The notes under the pieces were generated by a model. That model was not told where the DNA came from, searched no databases, and saw nothing but the letters and a program-made list of their open reading frames with translations. Positions 56,833 to 64,000 of a DNA stretch of 64,000 bases are shown piece by piece (position 1 is the stretch's first letter; each line of letters opens with the position of its first letter). The stretch lies in the NCBI GenBank assembly GCA_006226545.1, contig SBGR01000010.1, forward strand, positions 22,237-86,236, given 5' to 3'. A program made the translations under genes and the position numbers. This DNA is from Bacteroidota bacterium. GTDB taxonomy: Bacteria; Bacteroidota; Bacteroidia; UBA8524.

Positions 56833-59800
56833 ATGGAGATGAAGATTACAAACTTTAAACGCTCATTCGGGCGCGGCTTTATGCGAATTGCATTAGCCTT
56901 CACCATGGTAATGCTGATGGGCCTCACTGCATGGGCTCAACCAGATTATTACAGTTACAACACAGGAACCAGTTACAATGCCTTTCCGCTGAACAGTACC
57001 ACAAACAAGGTACAGTGGATTTACGATGCAGGTCAGTTCCACTCCAATGGACCTACTGGTAATCCTGCTTTTTCTGGGCTTATTACCCATGTCTATTTCA
57101 GACTCGGAACCACAACTAACGGTTCTAGCGTTTACAGCAATTTCACTATCAAGCTAGGCCAAAACGTTGGTACGCAAAGTACTTGGACTAGCACCACCTG
57201 GGCTACGGGCTTAACTACTGTGTTTTCACAGGCTAGTTATTCCATGACAGGAGCTTCTCCTACCAGCTGGTACATGGTTCAATTGCAAACCCCGTTTGTT
57301 TACGATCCTAGCCTTTCACTGGTAATGGAAATTTCAGTAACCGGCGGAACAGGAAACCAGGTAGCGCAGTATACTGCTAACGGAAGCCGTCGTATTTGGG
57401 GTACTTCTGCAGGTGCGTCTGGGTCAAGCTACGGAACTGGTCAGGTTGACTTTGGTTTCGATATCGTTCCTTTGAACGTAGACGTTACATCAATTACTTT
57501 CCCAAGTGATATTTGCCAGTTTGAAACCACACCGGTTGAGGTTACGGTTGAAAACACCGATATCGTTGCTCGTGGAGGTTTCTTATTGGAGTACAAAATT
57601 AATGGTGTCAGCCAATCAGTTGAGACCTATACTCAACAAATACCAGCCGGGCAAAGTGCCAATTTTATCTTTAACGTACCAACGGCAAACCTCACTACAG
57701 GTCCGTTTACCATTTCAGCTAATGTGGTAGGTAAAGCACAGTTTGTAGATCAAGCCTATAACGTAAATGGAGCGCCTGATGGTTCAATAGTAAGTCAAGG
57801 TTCCACATTCCAAGGTGCATTCAATTCTGGAACTGCCTTAGATCCGGATATTGTGGCTTACGGTGATCAGATTTCTTATACGATTAGTGCCCCTCCAGGT
57901 TATGTAAACAGTAATTACAATTCCACGTGGGCATTTGATTTCTACGAATTTGTTACAGCAAATGGTAGTACTGCAGGTGCTGCACACGTTCAGAATAACC
58001 CAAGCGGTAACAACGATGCAACCGTTACCTTTAATCCGGTTCAAGGTCTTTCTGACTCTACCTTTAAAATCCGCTATGCTTTAAGAGAAACAGTTCATAA
58101 CTGTGTTGCTCCTGTAGTAGAACGCGAAATTTTTGTTGCACCTCGCCCAACAGCCGGTTACACTTCAGGTACGGCTTGTGAGAACGGTCAAATGAAGTTT
58201 AAAAACAATAGCGCTGTTACCTCTGGTTTTATCACACATAAATGGTATTTCGGTGATGGTGACTCTTCTACCTTAATTAACCCTTCTCACGTTTATGCAA
58301 ATGCGGGTACCTACAATACTCAATTGGTAGTAACCACCAACTACGGTTATACTGCAAACTATACCCTTCAAGTAGATGTGTTTGAAAATCCAGATGCAGC
58401 ATTTGATGCATTAAACGTTTGCGAAGGCAATGCAAATACCTTTACGGATGCTTCTATGATCCCGGGAGGAACTCCTGTGTACGAGTGGAACTTCGGCGAT
58501 GGCTCTACTTCATCTGCTTCAAGCCCTAGCCACCAGTACGCTACTCCGGGTAACTATACCGTAACCTTGAAAGTAACCACCAACGGTTGTGTTGATCAAA
58601 TGAGCAAAGAAGTTACCTACGCGCCAATTCCGGTAGCCGACTTCAACTTCAACCAAGTTGATTGCAATAACGACGAAGTTACATTCAGCAATGCTTCTAC
58701 CTTAGCATTTGGTAACATGGGTTATTCTTGGGATTTTGGCGACGGTACAAACGCGAATTCCAATAACCCTAAACATACCTACAGCTCTTTCGGTAACATC
58801 AACGTTACCTTGGTAGCAACTAGCAATTTTGGTTGTACTCACCAAGTGGTAAAAGCGGTTAGCTTGAAAGAAGCTCCAATGGCAGATTTCACCGTAGCTA
58901 ACTTGTGTAACAAAGACAACGTTTCATTTACCAATACAGGTTCTGAGCCTTCAGGTTTCACTACCGCTTACGAGTGGAGCTTTAACGACGGAAGCACTTC
59001 AAATGCTAAAGACTATTCACGCAGCTTTAATGCCATCGGTACTTACACCGTTACTTTGAAAGCACAGTCTTCAAATGGTTGTGTTGACGAGAAAATGGTT
59101 AACATCAGCGTAGATGAAAAACCAGTTGCTGGTTTCGTTGCTGCCAATACATGTGAAGGTAGCGATGTACAATTCAATTCTGCTGCTTACGGTAACAACG
59201 GTAACTTTACTCATAGCTGGGATTTTGGTTCTAGCATGACTAGCAACTTGATTAACCCAACTCAAAGTTTAGCAACCGGTACTCATGCTGTAACTTTAAC
59301 GGTTGAGTCTCCAAGCGGATGTAAATCTACATTGACTAAAAACGTTGAAGTATTTGCAAAACCAGTTATCAGCAATTTGGTATTCACTACCTTAAATATT
59401 GGTGATGGTAACATGGGCTTGACTGCCGATATCACTCCAGCGAACATTCCATACACCATCTTATGGGGTGATGGTAATAAAACCTTCGGTACTGTAAACG
59501 GTCCGGTTGCTGAGCAACACCAATACACACTTGATGGTGTTTGGACTGCTGATATTCGTTTGAACAACAATGGCTGTTTAACTCAAACTACCGTTGATGC
59601 AAATGTGAAACGTACCGGAATGGAGCATGTTAATACGACTGCTTTGACTGCTTACCCTAACCCAGCTCGTGATGCCTTCAAGGTAGACTTGAGCAAAGTT
59701 GAAGGTTCAGTTAAACAAATCGAAGTATTGAACGCCAATGGCCAAGTGATGAATGTAAACATCGAGATGTTAGAAACATCTGCTGATGTAAACATGAATC

Positions 59801-59880
59801 AAGTAGCTGCAGGTCTTTACCTGGTACGTGTTCAGACTGAAAACGGAATCTATACCACACGAGTAAACATTACTCGATAG
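56833..59880 (+). CDS. T9SS-secreted multi-PKD-domain surface protein
   Basis: Repeated WxFGDG and HxYxxxGxYxVxL PKD motifs; AYPNP CTD. Confidence 0.88.
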   Translation: MEMKITNFKRSFGRGFMRIALAFTMVMLMGLTAWAQPDYYSYNTGTSYNAFPLNSTTNKVQWIYDAGQFHSNGPTGNPAFSGLITHVYFRLGTTTNGSSVYSNFTIKLGQNVGTQSTWTSTTWATGLTTVFSQASYSMTGASPTSWYMVQLQTPFVYDPSLSLVMEISVTGGTGNQVAQYTANGSRRIWGTSAGASGSSYGTGQVDFGFDIVPLNVDVTSITFPSDICQFETTPVEVTVENTDIVARGGFLLEYKINGVSQSVETYTQQIPAGQSANFIFNVPTANLTTGPFTISANVVGKAQFVDQAYNVNGAPDGSIVSQGSTFQGAFNSGTALDPDIVAYGDQISYTISAPPGYVNSNYNSTWAFDFYEFVTANGSTAGAAHVQNNPSGNNDATVTFNPVQGLSDSTFKIRYALRETVHNCVAPVVEREIFVAPRPTAGYTSGTACENGQMKFKNNSAVTSGFITHKWYFGDGDSSTLINPSHVYANAGTYNTQLVVTTNYGYTANYTLQVDVFENPDAAFDALNVCEGNANTFTDASMIPGGTPVYEWNFGDGSTSSASSPSHQYATPGNYTVTLKVTTNGCVDQMSKEVTYAPIPVADFNFNQVDCNNDEVTFSNASTLAFGNMGYSWDFGDGTNANSNNPKHTYSSFGNINVTLVATSNFGCTHQVVKAVSLKEAPMADFTVANLCNKDNVSFTNTGSEPSGFTTAYEWSFNDGSTSNAKDYSRSFNAIGTYTVTLKAQSSNGCVDEKMVNISVDEKPVAGFVAANTCEGSDVQFNSAAYGNNGNFTHSWDFGSSMTSNLINPTQSLATGTHAVTLTVESPSGCKSTLTKNVEVFAKPVISNLVFTTLNIGDGNMGLTADITPANIPYTILWGDGNKTFGTVNGPVAEQHQYTLDGVWTADIRLNNNGCLTQTTVDANVKRTGMEHVNTTALTAYPNPARDAFKVDLSKVEGSVKQIEVLNANGQVMNVNIEMLETSADVNMNQVAAGLYLVRVQTENGIYTTRVNITR

Positions 59881-59902
59881 GTCTTAGTATAAAAGCTAAG
59901 CG

Positions 59903-59931
59903 AAGCCCCGGCCTTTGGTCGGGGCTTTTTT
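59903..59931 (+). terminator. Intrinsic terminator
   Basis: AAGCCCCGGCC-TTT-GGTCGGGGCTTTTTT. Confidence 0.88.
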
Positions 59932-60024
59932 ATTTGTCTATTTTTTAATGAATTAGGCAGCGAATAATAGTAGAAAGGGTACTTTTACCTACACAGTTGA
60001 ACACTGTCAAACCAAAACTAGCGT

Positions 60025-63000
60025 ATGAAAAAGATCTTTTTACTCTTTGCCTTCTTAGCCCTAACCTTATTCTCCAAGCCTTTGAAAGCCTCCCACATGG
60101 CAGGTGGCAATATCCACGTTCAGCAATTGGATACCCTCGGCACTTACATTGTTTACCTCACGGTTTACAGAGATTGCAATGGCATTGGGCTGTCTTACCC
60201 CATCCTACATGCGGAACAGAATAATACAATTCTTCACGATACCCTGAATTCGTCCAACTTAATCCGCGTAACCGACATCACCGGCATTGGCGATTCCTGC
60301 ACCATCCAAACAAGGTGCAACGGTGGCTCCTTCTATTATGGAATTGAAGCATACCTGTTTGCAGATACCATAGACTTGAGTGGATTTCAGGCCTGTGAGG
60401 TTGCCATCTACTACGATTCTTATGTGAATAGGCTTTCACCTATCAATGGTCCAACGCCGCCTTATTTGCCCTTTTTTGTGGCGGCTAACATCAATAAATG
60501 CATGGTCAATTCAACGCCGTATTTTTTACATCAACCTACCCATTTAATTGGTGCAAACCAAAATCTCTCGTTGAGTTATGCTGCAGCAGATACGGCTGAC
60601 AATGGCGATTCCATTAGCTATGAACTGACTACGCCATTGACCGGACTGGGTTCATACTTTACCTATACCGGACAGTTTACCTACCTGAGACCCATGACCT
60701 TTTTGGGGTTCCCAATTCATACATTACCCTTACCCGGTGGATATCACATCAACCCGAATACCGGCTTATTGCAGTTTCGTCCTACACAGGCTAATCAAGT
60801 AGCTTGGGTGGCAGTTCGGGTAAAAGAATGGCGTAAGATTAACGGAGTAAGTACGGTGATTTCACAGATTACCCAAGACCTAATGTACATCGTGATCAAT
60901 AAGCCCCAGCAAACCATGCCTGTGGCAAATAACCTTTCGGCTTACGATGAGCAGGCAGATCTCCAGCTTTGTAGCCAAGATACTTTTAGGATGAGCCTAG
61001 ATATTCAAGACGCAGATGGTGATAGCGTTTTTGTACGTTGGGACAGCCTGCCAAACGGCGCCAACTTAAGCGTTACACACGATTCCAACTCGGCAGCCCA
61101 GATTGAATTTACGTGGTATCCGGGTGCTGGTCGGGTGAGAACCCAGCCTTATTTATTGAACTTGGAACTGCGTGATCAAGCTTGTCCAATAGCCAATAAA
61201 TCGTACCGAACTTACCGTCTTTTTGTTCACGATAGTATTCCGGCACCTCAAGTAAATGTTGGTCCGGATACAATGCTCTGGGACTTTAGCGCTAACCTTC
61301 GTGTGGCTGCATCAATAAGCAATCAGTTAAATCGAGCTGTGCGCTGGACCAGTTCTGGCGACGGACATTTTAATCGATCAGATACCTTGTATCCTACTTA
61401 TATCCCCGGTACAAATGATAAAAACAGTTGTCAATATTCGCTCTACTGCGAGGTTTTGGATTTTGGTTGTGGCGGACCGGGAGGTAAATGGATTGATACT
61501 TTGAATGTTATCAGACAATACGATTCCCTTTATATCAATGCCCCGTCGGCCTACCACTTTGGCGATACGGTTCAGTTGAACCTTTTGCAGACACCTCCCG
61601 TAAAACAATTTTTAGGTTGGAGAACTTTAGGCGATGGAAGCTTTGATGATAGCAGCAAGGTGCAAGCGAAGTATACGCCGGGCTCGCAAGACTGGGCAAA
61701 CTGCAGCTGGACTATCTTGGCCGATTTCCAATATACGGGCTGCACCGTTGTTAGCGATACACAGCATTTTCAACGTCTGAGCAACTACGATTACGGCCTC
61801 GCTCCACAACAAGCACTTCGTGGAGATACAATCTATGTGGAAGCTTACCTTACAGCCAATAGCGCGGGTTCGGTATACTGGACTAGCCTAGGCAATGGTA
61901 TTTTGGGTGATAGCATGGCCAGTCAAACCTGGTACCTTCCGGGAACACAAGATTATGCCAATTGTCAGTCGTATTTGCAAGTGCGCGAATGGCCTTTGGG
62001 TAGCTGCTTCGGATTGGCCGACAGCTTCACCATTCAAAAAGAAACACCAGCGTGGAAAGCCGGCTTGAGTCAACAGTTGAATTACGGTGATACTGCATTT
62101 TTGCAAGCTCAACCTAGTGCAAGCTCAACCTACCAGTTTGGCTATTGGACTAGCAGTGGCGATGGTCATTTTACCGATTCCAATGACGCTAACTCAGCCT
62201 ATATTTTAGGGACACAAGATTGGGCAAGCTGTGTGGTGGGAATCTACTGGAATGAGATTGACCCAGACTGTGGAGGTAGAACCGATAGCTTGGCGCTGGT
62301 GCGGAAAAGTACTAGCATCGATGCCGGGGTAGATTTGGTTGCCTATTTCGACAGCTCCATGAGTTACCAACTGCAAGGCTGGTCAGATACGGCCAACGGT
62401 ATTACAGCCTACTGGAAAACGTTAGGCGACGGTACTTTTAGCGATACATTGGATTTGAATGCAGTCTATACGCCCGGACCTAACGATGGCATGAGCTGCG
62501 GGGCATTGCTTTCTTTAATTGAGTACCCACAAGGCAGCTGTACCAATTTCGATGGCATTCGCGTGGAAATACAAGATTCAGCTGAGGTTTTCTTCTCTGC
62601 AACGGTCGACTCCACAACATTTGATACTGTTTTCTTCCATTTTCAAAATCCTGGGGCGCGTTATGTCCGTTTGATCAATGCTCACGGAAGCGGCACCACG
62701 GTAATTTTGAGTCCGTATTTGGTGGCCTATGTTTTATCTGCTGCTGACAAACAAGATACGTTGGTTGTAGTAAATGGACTTTCCAGATCGCCGTGCGGTC
62801 CAGACAGCTGGTTTGGGGCGAATATTCATCCACAGATGAGATTGGGTACAGGAGTGTTGAGGCCAATGCAAGGGGTTGGTATGTACCCGAATCCGAATAA
62901 AGGAACCTTAAAGTTGAGCTTCACGAAAGCGCCTTCTCACTTGGATAGGGTAGAAGTATTTGCAGCCGACGGAAAACAAGTTGAAGTAATCTGGGAGCTG

Positions 63001-63111
63001 AAAGAGGGTGAAATGGAGTTGAAGTTGAAGAATCCGATTCCGGGTATTTACATGCTGCGGGTTCTTAGCGATAACAGCGTATATAACAGGAGCTTTACGG
63101 TTCAGCCTTAG
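60025..63111 (+). CDS. T9SS-secreted adhesin-like protein with five Ig-like repeats
   Basis: Signal peptide plus ASHMAGG..YRDC N-domain; five W(T/R/K)xxG(D/N)G repeats; MYPNP CTD. Confidence 0.85.
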   Translation: MKKIFLLFAFLALTLFSKPLKASHMAGGNIHVQQLDTLGTYIVYLTVYRDCNGIGLSYPILHAEQNNTILHDTLNSSNLIRVTDITGIGDSCTIQTRCNGGSFYYGIEAYLFADTIDLSGFQACEVAIYYDSYVNRLSPINGPTPPYLPFFVAANINKCMVNSTPYFLHQPTHLIGANQNLSLSYAAADTADNGDSISYELTTPLTGLGSYFTYTGQFTYLRPMTFLGFPIHTLPLPGGYHINPNTGLLQFRPTQANQVAWVAVRVKEWRKINGVSTVISQITQDLMYIVINKPQQTMPVANNLSAYDEQADLQLCSQDTFRMSLDIQDADGDSVFVRWDSLPNGANLSVTHDSNSAAQIEFTWYPGAGRVRTQPYLLNLELRDQACPIANKSYRTYRLFVHDSIPAPQVNVGPDTMLWDFSANLRVAASISNQLNRAVRWTSSGDGHFNRSDTLYPTYIPGTNDKNSCQYSLYCEVLDFGCGGPGGKWIDTLNVIRQYDSLYINAPSAYHFGDTVQLNLLQTPPVKQFLGWRTLGDGSFDDSSKVQAKYTPGSQDWANCSWTILADFQYTGCTVVSDTQHFQRLSNYDYGLAPQQALRGDTIYVEAYLTANSAGSVYWTSLGNGILGDSMASQTWYLPGTQDYANCQSYLQVREWPLGSCFGLADSFTIQKETPAWKAGLSQQLNYGDTAFLQAQPSASSTYQFGYWTSSGDGHFTDSNDANSAYILGTQDWASCVVGIYWNEIDPDCGGRTDSLALVRKSTSIDAGVDLVAYFDSSMSYQLQGWSDTANGITAYWKTLGDGTFSDTLDLNAVYTPGPNDGMSCGALLSLIEYPQGSCTNFDGIRVEIQDSAEVFFSATVDSTTFDTVFFHFQNPGARYVRLINAHGSGTTVILSPYLVAYVLSAADKQDTLVVVNGLSRSPCGPDSWFGANIHPQMRLGTGVLRPMQGVGMYPNPNKGTLKLSFTKAPSHLDRVEVFAADGKQVEVIWELKEGEMELKLKNPIPGIYMLRVLSDNSVYNRSFTVQP

Positions 63112-63887
63112 GGCTGGGCTATCGGTTCAAAATCAACATGGATATGGTCATCGTGTAAAGCGTTGATCTCCTTACTTAGTTTCTGAGCGAAATAGATACG
63201 GCTTTCCTTCAAACGAAAGCCGTTTTTCGTTTGGAATAATTCGTCGTGAAGAAAGGTATTCAGAATCACCTTTTTCACTTTTAATCCATGCTTGGCAGCA
63301 TTGCTGTGAATCGCTAGAATATAGGAACAGAGCAAGTCGAAATCTACCTGAATGGCAGTGTCCTTTTCCCATCTCCCTTGCTGGTCAAAATCCAAGAAAT
63401 AATGGGCTTTGCCTTTATCGTCTAGGCCAAAATAAGGTTTGCCGTTTCGCTTGAGCGGAATCATTAAATCTACGCTTAAGCCGTTTTGATGGGTTCGGTG
63501 AGGGAAGAGTTTACCACCTTGTTCATGCGAGCATTCCATCACCCGGTAAACGCGGTTTGATTCTTTAGATTCCAGCTGTTTGTAAGTGCCTAACATCGCT
63601 TTTACAACGCGATCATGGCAAAAGGCCCTTCCGGCTAAGTAGCTACCGGTATCGAAGTAGCGAAAATTTCTGCCCGAAAATGGAAACAGCTTACCGTTTA
63701 CCAAACTACCTTTTCCTTCTGTTCCTTTGCTGATGCTTTTTTTACCGTTGTCGGGATGCTCAGCTTGGTATTCAGCAATGGCATCGCTAATGGGTTCAGT
63801 TAATTTAACTACCGTGGAAACTGGTTTTTGTGACGGTTCGCAAGCTAAGAAGAGAAGAGTAAATAGGGAGATAAGCCATTTGTGCAT
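63108..63887 (-). CDS. MepA-like (penicillin-insensitive murein endopeptidase) lipoprotein
   Basis: Lipobox FLAC; HRTHQNGLSVD and HDDHIHV LAS-family zinc motifs. Confidence 0.78.
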   Translation of the reverse strand: MHKWLISLFTLLFLACEPSQKPVSTVVKLTEPISDAIAEYQAEHPDNGKKSISKGTEGKGSLVNGKLFPFSGRNFRYFDTGSYLAGRAFCHDRVVKAMLGTYKQLESKESNRVYRVMECSHEQGGKLFPHRTHQNGLSVDLMIPLKRNGKPYFGLDDKGKAHYFLDFDQQGRWEKDTAIQVDFDLLCSYILAIHSNAAKHGLKVKKVILNTFLHDELFQTKNGFRLKESRIYFAQKLSKEINALHDDHIHVDFEPIAQP

Positions 63888-63935
63888 GAAAGTGCTTTTA
63901 GGAAAAACGGGGAATTAAGTTGGCTAGTATAAAGG

Positions 63936-64000
63936 CTAGGCCGGTTTTGTTAGTGAAGCATAAACAGAGACGGCAATTAAAGCAATAACGCCAAGTACAA
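63936..64000 (-). CDS. 3' end of a membrane protein (partial)
   Basis: Minus frame reads ...VLGVIALIAVSVYASLTKPA* up to the window edge. Confidence 0.45.
   Translation of the reverse strand, partial: VLGVIALIAVSVYASLTKPA

Overview
Bacteroidota chromosomal window, judged from TAnnTTTG -7 promoters, type IX secretion (T9SS) genes and a split atp operon. In order: partial porW/sprE; M23 peptidase, bactofilin, two atpI-like genes and atpBEFHAG; a DUF2202 gene and a membrane-protein gene flanked by REP-like palindromes; an 8-gene arginine biosynthesis operon (GNAT argA-like, argG, argC, argD, argF', argB, argE, argH) with no argR in the window; a housekeeping block (TonB-dependent receptor, PIF1-like helicase, yraN, lipB, lemA with two TPM genes, exonuclease, methyltransferase, GT2, rlpA, dprA, rocD, hutI, gamma-CA-like, arsC-like, two hybrid kinases, htpG, murB, dinB-like, lipid kinase, DMT); and a ~14 kb cluster of T9SS cargo genes around a GAF/AraC hybrid two-component regulator. 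Top finding: an unannotated 19-codon Arg-rich leader ORF (MKQVLLNYRSLRRRPYAAG) with 1:2, 2:3 and 3:4 alternative hairpins upstream of the arg operon, which looks like a ribosome-mediated, arginine-sensing transcription attenuator. Second finding: a four-box operator with near-identical spacing upstream of both delta-60 beta-propeller transcription units flanking the hybrid regulator. No rRNA, tRNA, CRISPR array or transposase was seen. All calls are by eye and no database searches were run.
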